The position numbers were made by a program, and so were the translations under genes. This document shows, in pieces, positions 29,302 to 40,284 of a stretch of DNA of 64,000 nt; positions within the stretch are counted from its first letter, which is position 1, and each line of letters begins with the position of its first letter. The stretch is from assembly GCA_018823045.1 (NCBI GenBank), contig JAHJIX010000024.1, forward strand, positions 2,677-66,676, written 5' to 3'. The stretch comes from Patescibacteria group bacterium (GTDB lineage Bacteria; Patescibacteriota; Patescibacteriia; Magasanikbacterales; UBA922). The notes under the pieces were generated by a model. That model had not been told where the DNA came from, ran no database searches, and was given only the letters and a program-made list of their open reading frames with translations.

Positions 29302-29925
29302 TTATTGAGATAATGAATCTTCTTGCAACACATCTTGCACCAACAACAATAAATCGTCATTGCTAATGGTGTCTAACTGTTCTTGCGTAATACCCCCACT
29401 TTGTAAGAGTAATGCTCTAATTTGCTCAGGATCTTGCACAACGGCATTCACATCCAATTCGACTTCTTCAGGTACTTGTGGAATAAGACTATCAATAGCC
29501 GCTGTGGTTTCTTCATTTATCCCATTAAATTCAAATACTTCTTCTTCAATAGAAGCTTCTTCACTTCTTATACAATCTTGCCCTGCAGGACAAAGCGGAT
29601 CTTGACCGGCATCTAATTCTTCTTTATCTGTGACTCCATCTGAATCGGTATCTGGTAAATATGGACTTGTTTCGTAAAAATATAATTCTTCATAATTATT
29701 TAACCCATCTTGATCAGTATCAATGGATTGCAAACGCACCGTTTCATCTTCATATAATACTGATCCATCTCGCTCAGCACTTGCGGGTCGCACAACAAAT
29801 GGCCCATACAATGTATTTCTCATTTGTAAAAATCCAAGCCCAACAGCTAACACACAAAAAACAAGCAATAAAACAAATCCTGTTTTTTGCTCTTGCGTTA
29901 ATGGTGATGCGGGATGTTGTCGCAT
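29302..29925 (-). CDS. membrane-anchored protein with thrombospondin-type-3-like Ca-binding repeats
   Basis: A TM helix at GFVLLLVFCVLAVGLGFL is followed by DTDQDGLNNYEELYFYETSPYLPDTDSDGVTDKEELDAGQD (DxDxDG repeats) and an acidic tail. It is translationally coupled to the giant gene downstream. Confidence 0.55.
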   Translation of the reverse strand: MRQHPASPLTQEQKTGFVLLLVFCVLAVGLGFLQMRNTLYGPFVVRPASAERDGSVLYEDETVRLQSIDTDQDGLNNYEELYFYETSPYLPDTDSDGVTDKEELDAGQDPLCPAGQDCIRSEEASIEEEVFEFNGINEETTAAIDSLIPQVPEEVELDVNAVVQDPEQIRALLLQSGGITQEQLDTISNDDLLLLVQDVLQEDSLSQ

Positions 29926-29980
29926 AGATTATTGCAACTCAATAGTCCTCACCGAGTATAAAAATATGATGAGTCCTATT

Positions 29981-30009
29981 AGTATACCATAATAAAAAAC
30001 AAGAGACAA
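29981..30009 (-). promoter_or_regulatory. candidate promoter for the TSP3-anchor/giant-protein operon (TTGTCT-17-TGgTATACT on the minus strand)
   Basis: The minus strand reads ttgtctcttgttttttattatggtatact, an extended -10. It lies about 55 nt upstream of the ATG at 29925. Confidence 0.35.
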
Positions 30010-30058
30010 TTAATTATCCCTTGTGGATACATGAAGTGTTCACAGTCTTTTTTTATTC

Positions 30059-30469
30059 TTATTTTTTACGAGATGGAATGTTTTTTTCAAACGCACACTT
30101 ATCACCATAATTCATAAATTTTTCATGATGACTTGGTTGATGAAAGCCTTTCTTTTCTTTATGCTTAATACCACACCAATACGCTTCTGTTGCACCACAA
30201 ATAGCAGAAAAATACGCAGCAAAGCCATTTGCATAACTACAATAAAAACAATTTACCCGATCAAATATATTTAAATATGATAAACGATAGCGATCAAACA
30301 CAATATACTTTGATCGCTTAATATATGGAATATGATAAATAGGAAAACAAATACGATGATACACCTCTGTAAACAGATCAAGCATAATCATTGGCACAAC
30401 AACAATATAAATAAATGGTGTACTAATGATATGCAATAGCCTCCTATTTGGATGTTTCTTTACTTCCAT
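30059..30469 (-). CDS. hypothetical membrane protein with a Cys/aromatic-rich C-terminal half
   Basis: The ORF track gives 30059..30523. The internal ATG at 30469 (MEVKKHPNRR...) avoids overlap with the upstream gene. A hydrophobic segment FIYIVVVPMIMLDLF is present, and the C-terminal motif is CFYCSYANGFAAYFSAICGATEAYWCG. Confidence 0.4.
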   Translation of the reverse strand: MEVKKHPNRRLLHIISTPFIYIVVVPMIMLDLFTEVYHRICFPIYHIPYIKRSKYIVFDRYRLSYLNIFDRVNCFYCSYANGFAAYFSAICGATEAYWCGIKHKEKKGFHQPSHHEKFMNYGDKCAFEKNIPSRKK

Positions 30470-30476
30470 ACTATTA

Positions 30477-30884
30477 TTATTTCTTTTTTTTATAAATACA
30501 CACTGCTCCAACAACAACACCACCCATCAATCCCATAAACATATCCCCCATAGTGTCAGCTAAACCCATTTGCATATGAGTTCCGAAGAAATAATCTCCT
30601 AAAAATTCAGCAAACTCCCATATAACCGTGGTAAACACCACCCAAAATGTTATGAGTATCCACTGTACTATGCGCTGTGGAATAACAACATTTAATTCTT
30701 TTTGTGCATAACATAACATCAAATACCCAGTCAATCCCATCGCTATGCCACCAAGTATGTGCATTGGGATATCAAAGACAGGAAAGCGTTGATACATATG
30801 AAATATTTGATCGCAAATCAAATGAAATGTAAATACCATTATTGGTGGGTAAAATAAGTGAACAAAACGTTTAATGAAAGACAT
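30477..30884 (-). CDS. hypothetical polytopic membrane protein
   Basis: A 135-aa ORF with 3-4 predicted TM helices and a K-rich C-terminus. No motif recognised. Confidence 0.4.
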   Translation of the reverse strand: MSFIKRFVHLFYPPIMVFTFHLICDQIFHMYQRFPVFDIPMHILGGIAMGLTGYLMLCYAQKELNVVIPQRIVQWILITFWVVFTTVIWEFAEFLGDYFFGTHMQMGLADTMGDMFMGLMGGVVVGAVCIYKKKK

Positions 30885-30952
30885 AGCTTAAAAACAAAAT
30901 TAACACATATGGTGTTCTTCACCTATAATCAATGAATGATTTGAATTAAATA

Positions 30953-31046
30953 CGTCATTGCGAGGTGGCGCTAGCACACCGCGGCAATCTCATAGTTTAA
31001 TGCACGAAACAATGGGATTGCTTCGTTGTACCTTCTTGCAATGACG
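30953..31046. repeat. GC-rich palindromic intergenic element, degenerate copy (copy A); see the intact copy B at 56161..56282
   Basis: cgtcattgcgaggtggcgctagcacaccgcggcaatc...gggattgc...cttgcaatgacg. The left arm is ~36/40 identical to the reverse complement of the right arm of copy B. The terminal inverted repeats are cgtcattgcgag and cttgcaatgacg. Confidence 0.55.
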
Positions 31047-31094
31047 TGATTATGTATCATTACATACCACTCGTTAATTAATAAAAAAGCAACA

Positions 31095-31925
31095 CTATTT
31101 TTTTAATAAAACGGCAATACGCTTCCACTCTTCAATATCAATCTCTTGTGCACGTACTTTTTCATTTTGCACAACTTCTTGTAACACTGCACGAATTTTT
31201 TCTTCTGACGATGGCAAACCATTTTTTAAATTTTTAACCACTTGTTTTCGTTTATTTGAAAAACCAGCACGCACAACAGTAAAAAACCAATCATCTTCTT
31301 TTGTATTTTTTTTAATTTTTTCAATAGCAAGCACTGCTGAATCCACTTTTGGTGCTGGCCAAAATGACCCTCTAGCTACACGAGTAACTATACGGGGGAC
31401 ACCATAATATTGTACAGACACGGCGAGCAAACTCAAATCACCCTTTTTTGCACAAATGCGCTCAGCCACTTCTTTTTGTACCATGACTACCATAATTGAC
31501 GGTTTATCTGCTAACTCAAGCACAGTACGCAAAATAAACGAAGTAATTTGATATGGCAAATTAGCCACTACTTTATACGCATGACCTTTTGATATATGAG
31601 ATGGGAGTGTATGCAAGGCATTGCCCCAAATAATTTGTAAACTCGGAAATTCTTTTTGCCGCCCTTCCCAATACGCTTGTAATTTTTTTTCAATTTCAAA
31701 AGCCAATACATGATCTGTGTGATCAAGTATTGCACAAGTAAGCACGCCAAAACCTGGCCCTATCTCTACTACAATATCATCTGCTTGAATGTGAGCAGCT
31801 TCAATCATTTTAAGAATTGGCCCTGGTTGAACTAAATAATTTTGACCGTATGTTTTTGATGGTTGTAAATCGCAGTCCTGACACAATTTTTTTAATTCTT
31901 CTGGTAACAACAATTTCTTATCCAT
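31095..31925 (-). CDS. rsmA: 16S rRNA (adenine1518/1519-N6)-dimethyltransferase
   Basis: YGQNYLVQPGPILKMIEAAHIQADDIVVEIGPGFGVLT matches the KsgA N-terminal SAM-binding signature. The length is 276 aa. Confidence 0.8.
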   Translation of the reverse strand: MDKKLLLPEELKKLCQDCDLQPSKTYGQNYLVQPGPILKMIEAAHIQADDIVVEIGPGFGVLTCAILDHTDHVLAFEIEKKLQAYWEGRQKEFPSLQIIWGNALHTLPSHISKGHAYKVVANLPYQITSFILRTVLELADKPSIMVVMVQKEVAERICAKKGDLSLLAVSVQYYGVPRIVTRVARGSFWPAPKVDSAVLAIEKIKKNTKEDDWFFTVVRAGFSNKRKQVVKNLKNGLPSSEEKIRAVLQEVVQNEKVRAQEIDIEEWKRIAVLLKK

Positions 31926-32017
31926 AGTCTGCCTACTTTATTAATTTTTCTCCTACTTTATTTCCTTCGACAAACCCCACCTAACCTCCCCTCATAGGGG
32001 AGGAAAATATTATCTAA

Positions 32018-34121
<2,104 letters not shown>

Positions 34122-34140
34122 AATAGTTATGCTAAATAAA

Positions 34141-35334
34141 TTAAATATGTTTTTTTTGTAATACCGCTATTCCAGGAAGTATTTCTCCTCCTAAATATTG
34201 AAGCATGGCTCCTCCACCAGTAGAAACTAAATCAATAGAATCTTTTAATCCAAGTATTTCCATAACTTGCAAGGTTTCTCCTCCACCAATCACTCCATAA
34301 GCACCCCCTTTTGAACGCTCTGCCACTAATTCTGCTATGGCAAATGTTCCAATTTGATATGGCTTTTGTTCAAAATAACCCAAAGCGCCATTCCATGCAA
34401 TCATTTTTGCTTTTTGAATATATGTTGAAAACAACTCAATTGTTTTAGGTCCAATATCAAGTATAGCTTCTCCTAAACCACAAATTTGATGCGGATCAGA
34501 TTGAATTTCAACAACTCGTGTATGTTTTCCTTTAAAATCTCCAACGATCACATCTACAGGCATAATTACTTTCTTTTTCTTACCATAATGCACAGCTAAT
34601 CGTTTCATATCCATGTCAACAACTGAATCTCCTGTGCCATAACCCATACCACGCAAATAGGTATTACACAATCCTCCACCCACAAGTACAACATCAGCAT
34701 TAGGCAATAATTGTTTAATAACGGGAATTTTAGTTTCAATTTTTATTCCTCCCATAATAACAACAAATGGAGATTTAGGATGTTTTAAAATAGTATCAAG
34801 TCCTTTTATTTCTTTTTGTAATAATAATCCTGCATATGATGGCATGTGTGGCGCTACTCCAACAATAGAAGCATCATTTCTATGCGCAACAGCAAAACCA
34901 TCTAATACAAAAATGTCTGCTAATGCGGCTAATCGTTTTCCTAAATCCCCTGCATTATCTTTTTCATGTGCGTCAAAACGAATATTTTCAAGCAAAATAA
35001 TACCACCTGGTTCTAGTTCTTTAATAGCACGCACAGCAACAGATCCCCCAGAAACACCAATACTATATATCGGTTGCTTTAATAACTCACTTAAACACTC
35101 CCCAACCGTTTGCACTTGCAAAGATTTTACTACTTTACCTTGTGGTCGCCCGAGATGCGTTACCAAAATAACTTTTGCTTTTTTCTCTACTAAATACTGA
35201 ATGGTTGGAAGTGACGCACGTAATTTTGCATCATCGAGTACAACTTTTCTTTTAAGCGGAACATTAAAATCGACCCGAACCATAACGCGCTTCCCTTCAA
35301 TGGATTGTAATCGCTTTATAGATACACACTTCAT
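34141..35334 (-). CDS. pgk: phosphoglycerate kinase
   Basis: KRVMVRVDFNVPLK at the N-terminus, the hinge and C-terminal domain blocks GGGLCNTYL and GGGAMLQYLGG. The length is 397 aa. Confidence 0.9.
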   Translation of the reverse strand: MKCVSIKRLQSIEGKRVMVRVDFNVPLKRKVVLDDAKLRASLPTIQYLVEKKAKVILVTHLGRPQGKVVKSLQVQTVGECLSELLKQPIYSIGVSGGSVAVRAIKELEPGGIILLENIRFDAHEKDNAGDLGKRLAALADIFVLDGFAVAHRNDASIVGVAPHMPSYAGLLLQKEIKGLDTILKHPKSPFVVIMGGIKIETKIPVIKQLLPNADVVLVGGGLCNTYLRGMGYGTGDSVVDMDMKRLAVHYGKKKKVIMPVDVIVGDFKGKHTRVVEIQSDPHQICGLGEAILDIGPKTIELFSTYIQKAKMIAWNGALGYFEQKPYQIGTFAIAELVAERSKGGAYGVIGGGETLQVMEILGLKDSIDLVSTGGGAMLQYLGGEILPGIAVLQKKHI

Positions 35335-35348
35335 AAAATAATCACTAT

Positions 35349-36350
35349 TTACGCTTCAAAACTTGCAACAATTTGTGCCATTTCTACTAAACGGTTTGCA
35401 TACCCCCATTCATTGTCATACCACGCAATAATTTTTACGAGTCGTCCACCAACAACCATAGTTAAATCGAGATCTACAATAGACGAATGTGGATTACCAA
35501 TAAAATCAGTTGAAACAAGTGGTTTATCTGTTGTGGCAAGTACTCCTGCAAATGCTCCCGCCTCAGCTTCTTTAAATACTTCATTTAATTCTTCTTTGTT
35601 CGTTTCCTTTTTTAATAGAACATTTATATCACTCAATGATCCTGTAATTGTTGGCACACGAACGGCTAATCCATCAAATGATCCTGACAGAGATGGAATA
35701 ACCTGCGCTGTTGCTATAGCAGCACCTGTTGAGGTCGGAACAATATTTTGAGCAGCAGCACGCGCACGACGCAAATCTTTATGCGGCCCATCTTGTAGAT
35801 TTTGATCAGCAGTATATGAATGAATCGTCGTCAATAACGCATGTTCTATCCCAAAGTTTTTTTCAAGTACTTGCATAACAGGGGCCGTACAATTTGTTGT
35901 GCATGATGCATTATTAATAATAGCTTCTCCTGCATAATTTGCACAATTAATTCCACGCACATAGGTTGGAACATTTTCCTCTTTTGCTGGTGCAGAAATG
36001 ATAACCTTCTTTGCTCCAGCATCCCTATGTAACTGTGCTCCTTCTTTTGTTCGAAACACTCCGGTACATTCAAGCACAACGTCAACATGCAATTCACCCC
36101 ATGGTAATTCCGCTGGATTTTTTTGACTAAATACAGGAATTTCTTTTCCATCAATAATTAATCCTTTTTCTGTTGCTTGTACAGCTAAACCGCGTTCTGG
36201 ATATGCAGTATCATACTGAAGCAAATGTGCCAAACTTGTATTATCTGCCAAATCGTTAATTGCGACAATTTCCATATCACTTCGTGCATGAGCCACAGCA
36301 AACGCATGGCGACCAATGCGCCCAAATCCATTAATTGCAATCTTAAACAT
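35349..36350 (-). CDS. gap: glyceraldehyde-3-phosphate dehydrogenase
   Basis: MFKIAINGFGRIGR and the active-site SCTTNC. The ORF track extends to 36404, but the ATG at 36350 gives the canonical N-terminus. Confidence 0.9.
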   Translation of the reverse strand: MFKIAINGFGRIGRHAFAVAHARSDMEIVAINDLADNTSLAHLLQYDTAYPERGLAVQATEKGLIIDGKEIPVFSQKNPAELPWGELHVDVVLECTGVFRTKEGAQLHRDAGAKKVIISAPAKEENVPTYVRGINCANYAGEAIINNASCTTNCTAPVMQVLEKNFGIEHALLTTIHSYTADQNLQDGPHKDLRRARAAAQNIVPTSTGAAIATAQVIPSLSGSFDGLAVRVPTITGSLSDINVLLKKETNKEELNEVFKEAEAGAFAGVLATTDKPLVSTDFIGNPHSSIVDLDLTMVVGGRLVKIIAWYDNEWGYANRLVEMAQIVASFEA

Positions 36351-36494
36351 AATATTAATATAAAAAATAGAGGCTATTATTCTTCTAAATACCTGATAAA
36401 GCACAAGACAAAAAGAAGTACTCTTATTGTACCATGACCATGTTGCATTGTCTATAAAAAAAAGGTCATCTTGCCCAATAAGATAACCTTTCGC

Positions 36495-37208
36495 TTATAT
36501 AATCCCTCCAATAAAATACGCATAACTATACATTGCAATTGATGAAGCAAATGGAATAAAAAAATTATCAAATCTTCCACTCCATACTTCAGTCAACATG
36601 CCAACAAAAGCACCAATGCTTACCATAATGAATGTTTTTGTTCCTCCCAAAGGATAAAACAAAAAATAATCATTCAGTAAAACAGATGCAGATGCGGCAA
36701 CAATCCCCAATGTGAAAAAACCAATAAATGATCCTTCAAGACTCTTATTCCCCCACCAAGGATATTTTTTCCCTTTCAAAGAAATACCAACAAATCGAGC
36801 TGCTGGATCTCCAAAGGCAAGAAGCATCAGTGCAGGAACAACAATCCATGGTGGAAATACTAAATAGGTTACATACACACCCACTATATACCATAAACTA
36901 GCTGTTGGGCTTCCTAGTTCATGATCTCGCAATATTCCATACTTTTGTGAAGTCTTAACAAACCATGTATGTTTTTGATACCACCAACAAAATAACCGAT
37001 TTGAACATGTTTGCCCATCTCGTTTTTCCCAATAGTAATGACCAATCAAACGTAAAATTTCGACAAAGCTCACATATAGAGCAACACCGACATGTAACAT
37101 CCAATCAATAATACTTGTTGAGAGATGTAACATCTGCAACAAGACTACTGATAATGGTCCCACAGGAATATGAAACATCATGCGTTTCCACGCAATGCGG
37201 CTAAGCAT
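36495..37208 (-). CDS. polytopic membrane protein, possibly CTP-transferase/dolichol-kinase (CdsA-like) superfamily
   Basis: Multiple TM helices are present. A conserved-looking block reads LLAFGDPAARFVGISLKGKKYPWWGNKSLEGSFIGFFTL. The family assignment is tentative. Confidence 0.35.
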   Translation of the reverse strand: MLSRIAWKRMMFHIPVGPLSVVLLQMLHLSTSIIDWMLHVGVALYVSFVEILRLIGHYYWEKRDGQTCSNRLFCWWYQKHTWFVKTSQKYGILRDHELGSPTASLWYIVGVYVTYLVFPPWIVVPALMLLAFGDPAARFVGISLKGKKYPWWGNKSLEGSFIGFFTLGIVAASASVLLNDYFLFYPLGGTKTFIMVSIGAFVGMLTEVWSGRFDNFFIPFASSIAMYSYAYFIGGII

Positions 37209-37339
37209 TTTTTCTCCTTTTTTATGTATAGGCTACCACTGTTGTACCTGATTTATATAAAAAAAACAAGAGATCGCCTTGACAATACTATCTAACTATG
37301 CAACAGTACAGGTACAACCCATTTACCATACGGAGGAAC

Positions 37340-37627
37340 ATGATGGGCAAACATGTCATTCTCATCTTGTTGCTCCTGTTTGGGTGCAACGTAGATGATA
37401 ATTTTGATGAAGATGCTAATATGACTGATGCATCTTCTATCACCGAAACAAATACCGATCGCTCTTGCGATCCAACTGAACAAACATATCGTTGTGCAAA
37501 CGACCGATTTATAGAAAGCTGCTTGATTCGTCAAGGAGTATACACATGGGGGCAAGCAATCCGCTGCCCATGCGAGGGTGTTTGCATAACAAAAGAAGAG
37601 GAATCCTACTGTCTCAGTGATTGTTAA
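37340..37627 (+). CDS. small secreted cysteine-rich protein (possible lipoprotein)
   Basis: The ORF track starts at 37298. ATG-ATG at 37340/37343 has the SD ggagg 5 nt upstream. The signal peptide is MMGKHVILILLLLFGC. A C-terminal domain with 9 Cys follows. The local GC content is elevated. Confidence 0.5.
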   Translation: MMGKHVILILLLLFGCNVDDNFDEDANMTDASSITETNTDRSCDPTEQTYRCANDRFIESCLIRQGVYTWGQAIRCPCEGVCITKEEESYCLSDC

Positions 37628-37655
37628 CCATGAGCAGAACAGGTTCCTTGTACTA

Positions 37656-37688
37656 GGCACCCCCTCTTGGCGGTGCTTATTTTTTTTG
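37656..37688 (+). terminator. rho-independent terminator of the plus-strand small gene
   Basis: ggcacc-ccctcttggc-ggtgc followed by ttattttttttt. Confidence 0.5.
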
Positions 37689-37691
37689 GCA

Positions 37692-37724
37692 AAAAAAAAT
37701 AGCGACTCTCCCAAGTCCGCTATC
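37692..37724 (-). terminator. rho-independent terminator of the convergent minus-strand gene (37825..)
   Basis: The minus strand reads atagcggacttgggagagtcgctat followed by T9. Confidence 0.6.
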
Positions 37725-37824
37725 CTGCCCAGGCTGTACATGAAGTACAACCATCTCCTTATCTTCCTCCTGCCCTCTTACTTATCTCCTTCTGTCGTTT
37801 CACTTACGTTCTTTTTTTGTTTAC

Positions 37825-40071
37825 TTACGGTAGTGACAAATATACTGGATTAATCCCATAGGGATTATAGTCATATTCACCAGGAGAACCTACATAAAAG
37901 CCAATGTCTGGGGGAACTTGATCATCATCATAAACCCCTACAGCGCTTTCCGTCCTCCAAAACTGTCCATCAAAATACATTGTATGCACCAATGTTTCAG
38001 AACGATATGTATAAGTAACCTGATCATTATTATAAATGTGATGCCTTTCATACGTAGTAGTATCACCAGGAATTTTTAGTACCACAATACGTACAAGGTT
38101 CCTTCGATGACCACTAACAAATGGAGAAACCCACAAGCTATCTTCATCAACACTAGTGACCTTATCAACAGATATACCAACAGTATAATAGACCTTTCCC
38201 CCATAAGGACTCACCGTTTCCGTTACAAAAGCATTCCTATAGTCTACATCACTATAATAACGAACATAACTGCGTATGTGCGTATCCCCCTCAGGATTAT
38301 ACACTCCTGTTACTTCGTTATAATCCTTGTACTCAATAATCACCGGTCGATAGTCATTATAATAAGGGTGGTTAGAATCAGAGAGATCCGCCATAAAGTC
38401 CCTTACTCGAACAGCCACAACACCATAAGAAGGATATGCATTGCCTTCAGGATTGACATCAAGGTTATCTTGATCAGGCTGTGCTAGATGATTGCCAACC
38501 CAGGTCACCTCTAGACGACCATCCTTGGTATAATCTACCACAAGCTGATTATTATGATGATAGTTATTCCAAGACCTTGCGACAACTTCATCACAAGGCT
38601 CGTCATCAACAACATCATCATTACAATTATTATCTATACTATCACAAATTTCTACACCGCCATTTGACGGCACACATTGGATTTCAGCATCAACTTCTAC
38701 GTCAATCTCCGCATCTACGATAGCATCGATTTCAGCATCAACAGCTACATCAGGTGCAGAATCAATCTCTGCATCTACAACAGCGTCAACTGCAACGTCA
38801 GTTACGGCAAAGTCATTTTCCATAACATCAGGGGATGCATCAATCTCTGCATCTACAACAGCGTCAATTTCGGCATCAACAGTAACATCAGAAGGAAGAA
38901 CAACATCACCAGTTACGGCAAAGTCATTTTCCATGATGTCTAAGGTAGCGTCGATAGGTGGCGCAGCATCTGGGACGCCGGCATCCACTATCGCATCAGG
39001 AACTTGTGCGTCCACAACACCTAGGTCTACAACCGCGGCATCGGGAATTGGTGGGTTTTCATTAGGGATACACGGGTTGTTAGCTGACGTTTCATCAATG
39101 TCACCATCACAATCATCGTCAAGATTGTTATCACAAATTTCAAACCCTTGTGAGTTCACTTGCTCGCAGAGCAAACTAAAAATTTCTTCCCCATCTATGA
39201 AAATCGTTCCACAGACAAGAGCGCCCTCTTTGCAAATACCATGGACACCTTTCACGTCACATGTCATGCCTACAAAAACTTCATTATCGCCATCAATCCC
39301 ATCAATAATCGTTGAAGAAACTGGTGGACGACCTGGCAAAGTAGTCCCATCAATAACACCATCGCAATCATCATCATTGCCATTGCAACGCTCAAGTATG
39401 TCACCTGGAAAGGCAGCCCACTCACAAACAAATCCACTGCTCACTCCAGGATCAAAACAGTTCTTGCGCCCTTCAGCACAAAGACCTACGCGATGTTGCG
39501 CTTGCTCTGGATCCATATCACACCTAGCCTGCATTAACGTATACGATGGATGAGATTCATCATAGCAAATCTCCTCACCATTTACGCAATACATAGGATC
39601 TATGTCTTCATCAACTTCACCATCACAGTCATTGTCAATGCCATCACAACCATCAATGATTGGATAGTTATACTCATCCACTGTCAATGGCTCAAAATAA
39701 CAATAATCCACAGGGGTCCCATCAGGACCCGGAACACACATCGTAACAGCACCAATTGCACATGCCTCATTGATAAGCCCCGTGTTACAGGACTTATCCC
39801 CAGGGATGTCATCTATGACATCGTTACAATCATTATCAAGCCCGTCGCAGAGCTCCTCAGCGATGACACAAGACGCATCCACCTCAGCATCAGCCTCGGA
39901 GTCAACCGCATCCACATCGCTATTTGAAGGAACGTCCAAAGGAGTCCCCATATCGAGACCCGGGTAGACACCCGCTTCGCTGATATTGTCGATCAGCCGC
40001 TGGGTGTCTTCACACCCAACCAGTTGACCCAATGTCATTCCGAAGAACAACACAAAGAAGATGTTTCGCAC
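37825..40071 (-). CDS. large lipoprotein with repeated MopE-type CDGxDNDCDGxxDE metal-binding-like motifs and an acidic (VDAEID)n tandem repeat
   Basis: The ORF track gives 37825..40161. GTG at 40071 has the SD aagggggag 4 nt upstream and gives MRNIFFVLFFGMTLGQLVGC, a signal peptide with an LVGC lipobox. At least five repeats are present: CDGLDNDCNDVIDD, CDGIDNDCDGEVDED, CNGNDDDCDGVIDG, CDNNLDDDCDGDIDE and CDSIDNNCNDDVVDD. Confidence 0.6.
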   Translation of the reverse strand: MRNIFFVLFFGMTLGQLVGCEDTQRLIDNISEAGVYPGLDMGTPLDVPSNSDVDAVDSEADAEVDASCVIAEELCDGLDNDCNDVIDDIPGDKSCNTGLINEACAIGAVTMCVPGPDGTPVDYCYFEPLTVDEYNYPIIDGCDGIDNDCDGEVDEDIDPMYCVNGEEICYDESHPSYTLMQARCDMDPEQAQHRVGLCAEGRKNCFDPGVSSGFVCEWAAFPGDILERCNGNDDDCDGVIDGTTLPGRPPVSSTIIDGIDGDNEVFVGMTCDVKGVHGICKEGALVCGTIFIDGEEIFSLLCEQVNSQGFEICDNNLDDDCDGDIDETSANNPCIPNENPPIPDAAVVDLGVVDAQVPDAIVDAGVPDAAPPIDATLDIMENDFAVTGDVVLPSDVTVDAEIDAVVDAEIDASPDVMENDFAVTDVAVDAVVDAEIDSAPDVAVDAEIDAIVDAEIDVEVDAEIQCVPSNGGVEICDSIDNNCNDDVVDDEPCDEVVARSWNNYHHNNQLVVDYTKDGRLEVTWVGNHLAQPDQDNLDVNPEGNAYPSYGVVAVRVRDFMADLSDSNHPYYNDYRPVIIEYKDYNEVTGVYNPEGDTHIRSYVRYYSDVDYRNAFVTETVSPYGGKVYYTVGISVDKVTSVDEDSLWVSPFVSGHRRNLVRIVVLKIPGDTTTYERHHIYNNDQVTYTYRSETLVHTMYFDGQFWRTESAVGVYDDDQVPPDIGFYVGSPGEYDYNPYGINPVYLSLP
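38690..38950. repeat. in-frame tandem DNA repeats (units ~78-111 bp) encoding VDAEIDAxVDAEID acidic repeats
   Basis: atcaatctctgcatctacaacagcgtcaa occurs at 38761 and 38839. gttacggcaaagtcattttccat occurs at 38801 and 38912. Confidence 0.6.
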
Positions 40072-40284
40072 ATCTCCCCCTTTCTTGATTTGTAGACTTT
40101 CATCAAGTCTACAGTTGTGGTTATACAGTTGAACAATACTGCCCCCCTGTAAAAAAAACAAAAGAATAATATACTTATATCCTTTTCACAGAGAAACAGT
40201 TATTGCATGTTCTTAATTGTAAAAAACAAAAAAGTAAGTGGGACTATTAAATAACAAAAGCAAACTTTTGTCAAGAGATGTGAA

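Noticed and set aside
37279-37284. TTGACA upstream of the 37340 gene as a promoter
   Set aside because: No acceptable -10 hexamer at 16-18-bp spacing could be found by eye, so it is not reported as a feature.
37292-37750. 152-aa minus-strand ORF overlapping the plus-strand 37340..37627 gene
   Set aside because: The plus-strand ORF has an SD and a signal peptide, and is followed by its own terminator. The minus-strand ORF has no SD and an implausible composition. It is kept as a possible alternative, but disfavoured.
38107-39967. Several plus-strand ORFs (126, 80, 88, 206, 125 and 65 aa) inside the MopE-repeat gene
   Set aside because: They are antisense to a long continuous minus-strand ORF with clear motif periodicity. 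Their composition is low-complexity (Ser/Thr/Ile-rich), typical of shadow ORFs.
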